Origin: Promethearchaeum syntrophicum
GTDB lineage: Archaea > Asgardarchaeota > Lokiarchaeia > Sigyniarchaeales > Promethearchaeaceae
DNA: 32,000 nucleotides
Reading direction: 5' to 3'
Assembly (NCBI RefSeq): GCF_008000775.2
Contig: NZ_CP042905.2
Coordinates: 2,760,001-2,792,000 of the forward strand
The notes below the pieces were generated by a model. That model did not search any database and was not told the origin of the DNA. It was given only the letters and a program-made list of their open reading frames with translations. Of the stretch, positions 9,937-18,486 are shown in pieces. Both the position numbers and the translations under genes were made by a program. Position 1 is the stretch's first letter. Each line of letters starts with the position of its first letter.

Positions 9937-10086
9937 ATGTTAGATGAAGAAAAAAAAATGTTTGGTAATTTAATAGATAGTTTGCACCCTAATGATTTAG
10001 AAAGAAAAATAATTATGTTGCTTCACGAAAAGAAGAATTTTGATGAAATAATTGATATTTTATTGGAAAATGATGTGGATGATTGA
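9937..10086 (+). CDS. 49-aa acidic/helical mini-protein (MLDEEKKMFGNLIDSLHPNDLERKIIMLLHEKKNFDEIIDILLENDVDD)
   Basis: ATG at 9937, TGA at 10084-10086. Fills the HerA/SMC gap and overlaps the likely next start (ATG at 10079) as ATGATTGA. Absent from the supplied track (under 60 aa). Confidence 0.55.
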   Translation: MLDEEKKMFGNLIDSLHPNDLERKIIMLLHEKKNFDEIIDILLENDVDD

Positions 10087-12178
10087 AATTAATTACAAGT
10101 TGGAAAGAATAGAAAATGGTGAGGTGATTTCTTCTTATAATGTTCCCAAAGAAATACAAGCAATCCCCCGATTTTCTGTTATAGAAGCACCCAATTCTTC
10201 AGGAAAAAGTACTCTTTTTCATATTATTTCTATAGCATTTGGAGGTACTACTGATAAATCCATTCCTGATTCTTTAAAAACAAAAATGAAAAATTTATTG
10301 GATAGAAATCATCATAATTTAGAGTTTGAAATAAAAATCTTTGAAAATGATGAAGTTTTACTACGATCCTGGAAATCAAAAATGGATACAGTTCCTAATA
10401 TCGAATGTCGTATAATGAATTCGTTAAAAGTAACCAATCTGATTAATTTTAAGGAAAAATTTAAGTTGATCTATGATATTCCTGAGGATCCTATTGGAAG
10501 ATTGAATGCAATGATTCCTGATATAAAATTCTTCTTCTCCGAAATAATGAATAAATTAAAACACTTTTTAAGAAATATTAACGACCTTCAAAAGGAATTA
10601 AAGAAATACGATAAAGAGATTTTGAACAAAAAAAAGAAAAAACTGGAAGAAAATAGTGAATTAATGAAAAGAATGAATTTAAAACTAGATAAAGATGAAA
10701 AATTTATAAACGACTTGGAAAAAGCATTTATTTTTAAATATTATAGGAAATATGAAAGGGAAAAGAAAGAATGCGAGAAAGATATAAAAATACTAGAAAA
10801 AGATGAACGAAAATTAATGAAAGCTGGAACTCAGAAAAAATCGAATTTAAATGCAATGGAAATACAGCTTAAATCGTCCTATGTAAATTTAAAAAGTAAT
10901 CTATACAAAATTTTAGAGGATTTGGATGGAAAAATTGAGAAGAAACAATTAATAGAGTTGAAAGAAATTGAATTTTTAGATTATAGTGACAATAAAACCC
11001 TCCCGAATAATTTCAAAGAAAACTTGGGAGTTATTGAAGAATGTTTAAACGAAAAGCAGAAAGAAATTCCACAAGAAGATATTAAAAAAATTAAATTATT
11101 TTCCGAATTATTGAAAATATTAGAGAATTACAAGAAATATGAAATAGAAATGCCTGGAAAAATACAACTTAAAATTTTCATGAGTGATCTGGAAAAAAAC
11201 TTGAAAGATTTACATAATATCCAAAAAAAAAATAGTTTTTTTTCAGAAAAAATAAAAAATATTAATGAAATTAAGAAAACTTTTATTAAAACAGAAGAAA
11301 AATTAGAGAAATATCATAGTAAAAGAATTGAATACACGAAAGCTGATTTAAAAAAACAGGAAAATATTATTGATGATTTACTTGCAAAAAAAAAAAAAGA
11401 ATGTAAAAAAATTACTAATGTTTTTCTACAATATGAAAAAAGATATAATATTTTAGGAAGACCTGTTGGAATTGACATTATTCCAATTAGTACAAAAAAA
11501 TTTAATGATTATCAATATTTGGATGAAAAATCCCTCGAAAAGGCAATTAGAGATTTTAAAAATACAAATTCAAAAAAACATAATGAAATAAATAATTTGA
11601 AATCTCAAAATAAGGATTTAAGTAAAGATATAGAAGATATGGAAGAAAAAGGACCTCATAAGTATCAGAAACATGAAGAAAAAATAAAATCAATTAGAGA
11701 AGTGGCTGCAAAACTTACAAATTCATATGAAGAAAAATATGTTAAATTTTTTGATGATATTCAAAATAAAAACGTGAAAAAACTAATTAGAGAAGAGAAA
11801 CTAAAATTTTTTGAAATTATTTTTAGCTTTTTAGGTAAAAGAATTAAGCAAGTTAAGCATGAGGATAAAATATATGAAATTAAATCAATGGATTTAATTA
11901 AAGAAGAGATAATTACTAGTAAAGGAGAAAAAATTAGATTCATTGATATGGGAACGGGTCAATCTCAAAGTGCTTATTTACGAAGTAAACTTACTACTAC
12001 AGATAATAAAAAAATTATTGCATTATTTGATGAAATCTCAAATATGGATAATAAATCACTTGAATTGTTATATTCTAAAATAAATGAAAATTTTTTAAAG
12101 AAAAAACAGTTAATATGTCTATTAAATCAACCAGATATTCATAATCAAGGTGTAATAACAGTTAGGAGTCTGGAGTAA
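10079..12178 (+). CDS. Rad50/SMC-like coiled-coil ABC ATPase
   Basis: Walker A FSVIEAPNSSGKSTLFHIIS, long charged coiled-coil, signature-like MGTGQSQSAYLRSKL, Walker B KKIIALFDEISNMD. No CxxC zinc hook. The track start at 10052 is a TTG inside the mini-ORF; ATG 10079 is preferred. Confidence 0.85.
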   Translation: MIEINYKLERIENGEVISSYNVPKEIQAIPRFSVIEAPNSSGKSTLFHIISIAFGGTTDKSIPDSLKTKMKNLLDRNHHNLEFEIKIFENDEVLLRSWKSKMDTVPNIECRIMNSLKVTNLINFKEKFKLIYDIPEDPIGRLNAMIPDIKFFFSEIMNKLKHFLRNINDLQKELKKYDKEILNKKKKKLEENSELMKRMNLKLDKDEKFINDLEKAFIFKYYRKYEREKKECEKDIKILEKDERKLMKAGTQKKSNLNAMEIQLKSSYVNLKSNLYKILEDLDGKIEKKQLIELKEIEFLDYSDNKTLPNNFKENLGVIEECLNEKQKEIPQEDIKKIKLFSELLKILENYKKYEIEMPGKIQLKIFMSDLEKNLKDLHNIQKKNSFFSEKIKNINEIKKTFIKTEEKLEKYHSKRIEYTKADLKKQENIIDDLLAKKKKECKKITNVFLQYEKRYNILGRPVGIDIIPISTKKFNDYQYLDEKSLEKAIRDFKNTNSKKHNEINNLKSQNKDLSKDIEDMEEKGPHKYQKHEEKIKSIREVAAKLTNSYEEKYVKFFDDIQNKNVKKLIREEKLKFFEIIFSFLGKRIKQVKHEDKIYEIKSMDLIKEEIITSKGEKIRFIDMGTGQSQSAYLRSKLTTTDNKKIIALFDEISNMDNKSLELLYSKINENFLKKKQLICLLNQPDIHNQGVITVRSLE

Positions 12179-12180
12179 AA

Positions 12181-13116
12181 ATGGAAATTGAAAATTCTAT
12201 TACCGATGATCAGCTTTCGATTTTAGAATATTATTATATAAAATTAAGGGGAAAAATCAAATTAGCAAAAAAAAAATCATTGTATACCTATTTCTTAAAA
12301 GCAAGTTTAAATAGAAATTTTAAAATTATTCAAAGTTCAGTAGGTTTTTTCCCTGAAAAATTCTCAAATACTGCTTTAGAAGAACTAATTGATAAGAAAT
12401 TAATTTATGAAATGAAATTTAGAAATAAATATACGATCTCAGGAAAAGGCATTTTCTTTTATGAATTAGCAATCAATAAATTATCTGTTATAGATTTAGT
12501 CGATAATCTTGAACGTTTTTTTGATTTCGATAGTAAAGCCCAAGAGAAATTGAAGGAATCCGAAAAAATAATTTTAACTATGATGTTATGTCTAAGATCA
12601 TTTTCTAGTGAAGAAAAAATATCAATCAAAGACAACCTTCACTTGGAATCGTTAGATAATTTAATTGGAGATATTATCAAATTTCTGTCAGATGAAGAGA
12701 TCACTAAAAAAATTAAAACTAAAAATGAGTTTTATAAATCAAAAAAAAAAAGAATTGAAACTGAAACTGATTACGGTCCATTAGTTGATGAATACATACT
12801 ATACGAAGCTTTTCATAATAAAACCAGGGATTTGCCAAAAAGAAGTGAATATATTTTCTGTTCTACAGGAAACAAAGAATATTATTTGAATTTAACTGAT
12901 GAATCAATGAATCTAAGTTATGAAAAAATTGAATTTCTAATTAATAAGATATTGAATTCAGTGCCTACAAATAACAAACATGCTAATTTAAAAAGATATT
13001 TGGAGTTTTTAGAAGAAAAATCATTAGAGAAGATATCATCAATTATGGCAAGTAATAAATTCAATAAGATTGAAGTTTCGGAAAATATTAGAAATAAAAT
13101 CTTATTTGGATTATAA
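12181..13116 (+). CDS. Uncharacterised helical protein with possible winged-helix N-terminus
   Basis: Starts 2 nt after the SMC-like stop. LIDKKLIYEMKFRNKYTISGKGIFFYELA resembles a wHTH wing segment. No confident family. Confidence 0.6.
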   Translation: MEIENSITDDQLSILEYYYIKLRGKIKLAKKKSLYTYFLKASLNRNFKIIQSSVGFFPEKFSNTALEELIDKKLIYEMKFRNKYTISGKGIFFYELAINKLSVIDLVDNLERFFDFDSKAQEKLKESEKIILTMMLCLRSFSSEEKISIKDNLHLESLDNLIGDIIKFLSDEEITKKIKTKNEFYKSKKKRIETETDYGPLVDEYILYEAFHNKTRDLPKRSEYIFCSTGNKEYYLNLTDESMNLSYEKIEFLINKILNSVPTNNKHANLKRYLEFLEEKSLEKISSIMASNKFNKIEVSENIRNKILFGL

Positions 13117-13336
13117 CAAAGGGAAGCTGTGATTATGAAATATCCATATCTTTTTCGAAATTTTATCTTTTAAGAACTATATTGTGTGATAAAGCACTTT
13201 TGTCTCAAATAATAACTATAATTACTCTTGAATCTGAATATATTTTATCTATTCCAATGAACGGAATTATGTATGAAAATAGGAATTTGGAATAATTTAG
13301 AAAGATTTTTTAAATTTACTGGGAGAATATCTATTA

Positions 13337-14605
13337 ATGGAAGAGACTGATGTTAAATTTAAATTTTATTCTAAAATTTTTCACGTTAATGGAGATGAAT
13401 TAATTAGTAATGATTTTATAGCGATTTCTGAATTAGTGAAGAATAGTTTTGATGCGAAAGCAAAAAGAGTAGAAATAATTTACGAAGAATCAAAAGGCGA
13501 AACAGGAGACACTAATGGAAGATTTATTATAGAAGATGATGGAGAAGGTATGGATAAAGATATTATTATTGATTATTGGATGGGAGTAGCAGGAGATTAT
13601 AAAGAAGAATTAAAAAAAAAAGGTAAAACATTATTGGGTGATAAAGGAATAGGTAGATTGGCAGCATCACGTATTTCCAATCAATTGATTATGATAACTA
13701 GACCAAAAAAAAAAAATATTGAATACAAAATCAAAATAAATTGGAATAAAATATTTGAAGAACGGTATGCAACGGATTATTCTACGAAATTAAGAGAATA
13801 TTTACCAGAAAACTTTCGAAAAAAAAGTGGAACAAAGTTAATATTAGAAAATATTAAACATAAATGGAATGAGACAAAATTAAAAGAATTAAAAAATCAT
13901 TTATCAAGATTAATTAATCCATTAAATCCAAGTATTGATAAAAAAATTCGTTTAACTCTTCCAGATAAATATAAATCTCTTTCTGGATATATTTTTTCTT
14001 CTAAAATTATAAAAACTCCAATGTATTCAATCAAAGGAAGAATTGATGAGTCAGGAATAATTACTTTTTCAGCTTCATGTAAATTAATTGAGGAATCAAG
14101 ATTAGAAGAATTTTCGAATAAAAAAGAAAAAATTCAAATGGAAAAATTTGCCAAATTTCAGTTTGAATATAGATACTGGGATTTTGATGATCCTTTGCTT
14201 AATAAATTGTCTAATATTATTGACTATGTAAAAACAGAAATTCGAAAAAATATAATATATCACTCAGGAATAAGTGTATATCGTGATAATTTTCGAGTTA
14301 TGCCATATGGTGATTATAATTTAGATTGGCTTGATTTAAATACTAGAAGAATTAAGCGATTGTCAGATTTCATTCAAAATGACCATATTATTGGAGCAAT
14401 TTCATTTTCTTCAAAAGATAATCCAGATTTAAAGGATCAATCAAATCGTGAAGGTTTTGACAAAAATATTGAATTTCAAATATTTAAGGATACGGTCATC
14501 AAGACAATTTCAATTTTAGAAAGATTTCGACATATTTTTCTAATGGAAATAAAAAAAAAAAAAAAGAAGCAAAAAAAAAGAAACAAAAAATCGATGAACT
14601 TTTAA
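13337..14605 (+). CDS. GHKL ATPase domain protein (MORC/Hsp90-like), probable N-terminal part of a longer sensor kinase-like protein
   Basis: ISELVKNSFDAKA, FIIEDDGEGMDKD, TLLGDKGIGRLAASRI. The ORF ends just after a lysine-rich A15 tract with low-complexity KKKKKKQKKRNKKSMNF. Confidence 0.88.
   Translation: MEETDVKFKFYSKIFHVNGDELISNDFIAISELVKNSFDAKAKRVEIIYEESKGETGDTNGRFIIEDDGEGMDKDIIIDYWMGVAGDYKEELKKKGKTLLGDKGIGRLAASRISNQLIMITRPKKKNIEYKIKINWNKIFEERYATDYSTKLREYLPENFRKKSGTKLILENIKHKWNETKLKELKNHLSRLINPLNPSIDKKIRLTLPDKYKSLSGYIFSSKIIKTPMYSIKGRIDESGIITFSASCKLIEESRLEEFSNKKEKIQMEKFAKFQFEYRYWDFDDPLLNKLSNIIDYVKTEIRKNIIYHSGISVYRDNFRVMPYGDYNLDWLDLNTRRIKRLSDFIQNDHIIGAISFSSKDNPDLKDQSNREGFDKNIEFQIFKDTVIKTISILERFRHIFLMEIKKKKKKQKKRNKKSMNF
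14551..14566 (+). other. A15 homopolymer containing in-frame A_AAA_AAG slippery heptamer (14560-14566) between GHKL and histidine-kinase ORFs
   Basis: Direct reading of sequence and frame phase: the upstream ORF is in frame 2 (13337), the downstream ORF in frame 1 (14656), and frame 1 is open continuously from the A tract to 15564. Confidence 0.8.
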
Positions 14606-14655
14606 TTTATCAAAAAAGAAAAAAGAAAAAGACTCAGCAACGTCGAAAAGATGAA

Positions 14656-15564
14656 TTGGTCAAAGTCAAAAATTTAAAAGAAAATATTGTTAATATTTCA
14701 AAATTAACAAGCACAAGCGATCTTAAAACAGCGTCCAAAAAGATTGAAAAATCTTTAACGATCTTTGAAAATTCTATAAAAAATTTACAAAAAGAAGAAG
14801 TAAAACAAATCCAAGATGAAATGGAATTAGTAAAAAATACAATTAGTGAAAATAAGAAAGAAAAGAAAGAAATTAAAGAATTAAAAGGTTTATGTTCAAT
14901 CGGACTTCAAGTTGAAACTTTGATACATGATGGTAATAGCATTTTATATCATTTATCTAATATTGTAAGTGATAGCAAAGATGAATTCGAAAATGAAGAA
15001 AAAGTTCTATCTAAATTGAATAATATATCTGATGAAGTAAATTCTTTACAGTTTGTCTTAGATAGGATAAACCCTATAACAAAGAAAGGTTATAACAAAA
15101 AAATATCAATAAATTTAAGTGATTTTTTAAAGAATTATGTAAATAAATGGAAAAATCAATTAAAAACTGATCAATTTACAATTAATGTTGATATTCCTAA
15201 AAGAGATATAAAAATATCTTTGATGCAAGGTGAAATTTGTACTATAATTATGAATTTGCTTGATAATAGTATATTTTGGCTTGCACAAGATAAAACAAAT
15301 CATAATAAAAAAATTGTTATAGATATTCAATCTAAAAAAAAAAACTTGCATCTAATTTTTTCTGACAATGGTAAAGGTGTTCCTAAATCGGAACAAAAAA
15401 GGATATTTGAACCCAGAATATCTTTAAAACAAGATGAAGGATGGGGACTAGGATTATATATTATAAGAGAAATTTTGGATGAATTAAATGGGGAAATACA
15501 ATATCGTGATTCACCACTTCCTGGAGCAAATTTTATAATAATAATACCAAAAATTGTGTTGTGA
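14656..15564 (+). CDS. Histidine-kinase-type HATPase domain, probable C-terminal part of the 13337 gene in the -1 frame
   Basis: GEICTIIMNLLDNSIFWL (N box), LHLIFSDNGKGVP (G1), IFEPRISLKQDEGWGLGLYIIREIL (F/G2). Candidate phosphoacceptor His in LQVETLIHDGNSILYHL (His codon 14926-14928). The track start is a TTG, and the frame is open upstream into the A15 tract. Confidence 0.88.
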   Translation: MVKVKNLKENIVNISKLTSTSDLKTASKKIEKSLTIFENSIKNLQKEEVKQIQDEMELVKNTISENKKEKKEIKELKGLCSIGLQVETLIHDGNSILYHLSNIVSDSKDEFENEEKVLSKLNNISDEVNSLQFVLDRINPITKKGYNKKISINLSDFLKNYVNKWKNQLKTDQFTINVDIPKRDIKISLMQGEICTIIMNLLDNSIFWLAQDKTNHNKKIVIDIQSKKKNLHLIFSDNGKGVPKSEQKRIFEPRISLKQDEGWGLGLYIIREILDELNGEIQYRDSPLPGANFIIIIPKIVL

Positions 15565-15570
15565 TTAATT

Positions 15571-16680
15571 ATGGTAAAGTTTTCGTTACTTTATATTGAA
15601 GATAAAATAGATATGATAGGAGATTTAGAAACTCCACTAAAAAAACGATATGATAAAGATATTGAATTTTCATTTGAATCAGATTTTGACGTAGCTAAAA
15701 ATACTGTAAATGATAAGATCTTTGATATTGTTGTGATAGATGTTAAAGATGGATTAGGTAATTATTCTGGGCTTGACATATACGAAAAAGTATTAGAATA
15801 TGGCTTAGTTCACACTATTTTTTTTACTGGGTTCCTTTCGGATATTAAAAAAACAAAAATTGAAGAATCTGATTATTGTTCAATTATTGAAAAAAATACT
15901 AGTGGAAGAGATAATATTTTGAAAAAGATTGATGAAATCATAAATTCAGAACTATTTCTATTTAAGAAAGAAATCATTATTTTAACAAACAAATCTATCA
16001 GAGAATCAATAGATGTCCTTTTTAATCTTTGGCAAAATAGTAATTTTACTAAAGATGAAAAAAAGAAATTAATAATCAATAGGCTTTCACATACTGTACT
16101 CAATAATAATAATTTTGATAGGAAATCAAATTCTGATTATTTCATTTTTCCACCGTTAAAAAATTCAAATGCAAATTTTCAGATGGGAGATATTGTATAT
16201 CCGAAAAGTGAGAATGAAATGCCTCAAAATCAAAGGAATTATTACATTATTCTCAATAGAGATTGTTCATTAACACTAGTTAATCCACGAAAAGGAAAAG
16301 AACCTTTACCAAAAACGGAAAAGATATTATTTGCTTCTATTTTCGAATTACGTGAATTATGGGAAAATTATTATACTCGGTTAGAAATAAAAACAAAAAA
16401 AAGAAAAAGTAAAAAATCATTCCTAATGGAAATTTTAGCCCAAAAGATATCGAGATTCTTTCTAATTCCTTTTGATTTCATTTCCAATAAAGTTCTTATT
16501 GATTTTGAAAATTTAACCAGTTTGGATTACGTCCATTTTTCAAATGAGTATGAAGTGATTACTAGTTTAGTTGATGATTTTCGACATAGAATTAATCAAA
16601 GATTTTCACTACATTATTCCTCAATTGGCTATGCAGATTTTGATGAAAATACATTAATTCAAAGTTTATTAGATCCCTAA
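15571..16680 (+). CDS. Response-regulator receiver domain protein with uncharacterised C-terminal domain
   Basis: YIEDK acidic pocket, FDIVVIDVKDG (Asp57, codon 15739-15741), IFFTGF, SIIEKNT. C-terminus has FQMGDIVYPK...RNYYIILNRDCSLTLVNPRKG. Confidence 0.8.
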   Translation: MVKFSLLYIEDKIDMIGDLETPLKKRYDKDIEFSFESDFDVAKNTVNDKIFDIVVIDVKDGLGNYSGLDIYEKVLEYGLVHTIFFTGFLSDIKKTKIEESDYCSIIEKNTSGRDNILKKIDEIINSELFLFKKEIIILTNKSIRESIDVLFNLWQNSNFTKDEKKKLIINRLSHTVLNNNNFDRKSNSDYFIFPPLKNSNANFQMGDIVYPKSENEMPQNQRNYYIILNRDCSLTLVNPRKGKEPLPKTEKILFASIFELRELWENYYTRLEIKTKKRKSKKSFLMEILAQKISRFFLIPFDFISNKVLIDFENLTSLDYVHFSNEYEVITSLVDDFRHRINQRFSLHYSSIGYADFDENTLIQSLLDP

Positions 16681-16798
16681 TTTGGTCCTAGCATTATTCG
16701 CAGATGTACTTATAATTTTTTCCCTTGATTTCTTTTTTTTTTAACAATCGAAAGCTAATGCTATTAACTTTATTATCAAAAAATTATCTCTAGATATT

Positions 16799-18157
16799 TT
16801 ACATTGTTTTATGTTTAACTGTTTCCTCATATTTATCAATATAATATTTTAACAGAATAAACGTGAGTATTGTATCTACAACAATCCCTATACTAAAGAG
16901 AATCGCAATGGAATCCAGAGTTGGAACGAAAATATTCATTTGAAAGAGCACAAAAGCCGTTCCATACACTACCACGTTGGTGATAATTGTTTGGATTGCG
17001 AGTGATTCGGTTTTCCCGATAGCATAGAAAAGGGCATCCGCAACGGTATTGTACACAAATGAAATATACGCCGGGAGCAAAATTACCACTAATCGGAACA
17101 CAACTTGAGCGTTATCTACATTCAAGACTGTGCTAAAAAACCAGGACCATCCGGGCATTGTGATTCCCCAGAGAAAAATGACCCCCGTGCAGACTAAATA
17201 ATACGGTTTCATGATTCCTGTTAATTTTTTGGGGGATGTGGTTGCAATCGATTGTTTAACTATATCCGTGAGGGGGTAGACAGGAAGTAGCAACCAAGTC
17301 CAAATGAAGTTATTCGCGACCCAGTAGGTCCCTTGTTCTGCAATAACATTCATCATCCGGATTATAAAAATCATATAGAAGAGATTGCGAATAAAAGAAT
17401 CAACGGCGGAGTATCCACCTACTTTTCCCCATTCTTTGAACCACGTATAATTCGTTTTTTCCCGTAATTCATGCTTTTTGATATCAAATTCTTTGAGAGT
17501 GCTTCTAATCGTAATTATGACTAAGATGAAAAAGGTAATAATGTTGGAGAAAGCAATCCCATTCACCCCTAAATTTAATGAAACGGGCAAACTACTTATA
17601 AAAAGAGTATCTAAAAGAACAGAACATACCATTTGCACAATCAATAATATATAAATGGTTTTTCGCTTCGAATAAAGAATAAACAGTATGAACATAAATT
17701 TGAAGATACTTCTCAAGAGTAAAGCAATGAGTTCCAAGCGGATGTATTCGATTGTAGAAGCAATTAGCAAAGGATCTTGAGCCATAAGCTCAACAAAGAA
17801 TTTTGCGAAGATTCCAACTATAATCAAAATAAGCAGATGGATACATACCGTAAAGATTAATCCGGATTTTACTTTGTTAATTGTTTCTTGTCGATTCTGA
17901 ACCGTTTTTCCAATAATATAGAAAAGGGGCAAAATGAGACCTTCTTGGATCACTTCTAAAATTAAGCTGATCCAAACCAGTTGCGAGGCAATATTAACTC
18001 CCCATGCATTGGGAAGGTCGCCTAAGAAATAAATTCGTAAAGTTAAATATAACGTTGGGAGTAAATTCGTTAGAAATACTGAAAGATATAACTTCCAGGG
18101 TAAATTTTTCACAGATGATAATATTGGTGATTTTTCTTTTAAGTTTTTATTTTTCAT
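16799..18157 (-). CDS. MATE-family multidrug efflux transporter
   Basis: About 450 aa polytopic membrane protein with MatE-like organisation (NLPWKLYLSVFLTNLLPTLY..., LGVNGIAFSNIITFFIL, GKVGGYSAVDSFIRN). ATG at 18157 preferred over TTG at 18166. Confidence 0.75.
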   Translation of the reverse strand: MKNKNLKEKSPILSSVKNLPWKLYLSVFLTNLLPTLYLTLRIYFLGDLPNAWGVNIASQLVWISLILEVIQEGLILPLFYIIGKTVQNRQETINKVKSGLIFTVCIHLLILIIVGIFAKFFVELMAQDPLLIASTIEYIRLELIALLLRSIFKFMFILFILYSKRKTIYILLIVQMVCSVLLDTLFISSLPVSLNLGVNGIAFSNIITFFILVIITIRSTLKEFDIKKHELREKTNYTWFKEWGKVGGYSAVDSFIRNLFYMIFIIRMMNVIAEQGTYWVANNFIWTWLLLPVYPLTDIVKQSIATTSPKKLTGIMKPYYLVCTGVIFLWGITMPGWSWFFSTVLNVDNAQVVFRLVVILLPAYISFVYNTVADALFYAIGKTESLAIQTIITNVVVYGTAFVLFQMNIFVPTLDSIAILFSIGIVVDTILTFILLKYYIDKYEETVKHKTM

Positions 18158-18283
18158 AGTAATCAATCTTACTTTTTTAGTTGTTTGAGTAAATTAAAAA
18201 AAGATTGGATTGCTCCAATCATAATGGAAATTAGAAATTTATTTTATTTTGGAATTATTCTTCGATATACATTCCATTTTCAA

Positions 18284-18421
18284 TTACTTCGATCTTTTGT
18301 ATTCTGGATGATTGGGATTCAATTGATTTGCTCGATTATCCCGACTTGCCTTTTCCGCATTATTATTTGGATTGAAGTTATCAGATCGATCGTCATTTGA
18401 ACTTCTTTTTTGTTCAGTCAT
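18284..18421 (-). CDS. Small hydrophilic protein (MTEQKRSSNDDRSDNFNPNNNAEKASRDNRANQLNPNHPEYKRSK)
   Basis: Strong Shine-Dalgarno (GAAGGAGGTGT) a few nt upstream of the ATG at 18421; this supports a start 15 codons inside the track ORF. Confidence 0.65.
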   Translation of the reverse strand: MTEQKRSSNDDRSDNFNPNNNAEKASRDNRANQLNPNHPEYKRSK

Positions 18422-18486
18422 TTTCTTATACACCTCCTTCAGAGTTAGTTTAAAAGTTTCAATCATCTCATATCAAAGTTGAATTA

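Noticed and set aside
11221-11400. Other A-rich homopolymer runs in the SMC-like gene as possible frameshift sites
   Set aside because: The reading frame continues uninterrupted through them.
13098-13295. Open ~65-codon frame in the gap before the GHKL gene (...KGSCDYEISISFSKFYLLRTILCDKALLSQIITIITLESEYILSIPMNGIMYENRNLE)
   Set aside because: No ATG/GTG start near its beginning, and it partly overlaps the preceding gene. Could be a decayed or very small ORF but cannot be supported from sequence alone.
14656-15564. Treating the histidine-kinase ORF as an independent gene starting at TTG 14656
   Set aside because: The frame is open well upstream of the TTG through the A15 tract, and the upstream ORF ends in junk-like lysine-rich sequence, so a single interrupted gene is more parsimonious.
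11761-16103. Minus-strand ORFs 11761-11943, 15160-15351 and 15873-16103
   Set aside because: Antisense to the SMC-like, histidine kinase and receiver genes; low-complexity composition.
18185-18400. Plus-strand ORF with hydrophobic segments opposite the small-ORF region
   Set aside because: Overlaps antisense the small ORF that has a strong Shine-Dalgarno, and lacks its own convincing start signal.
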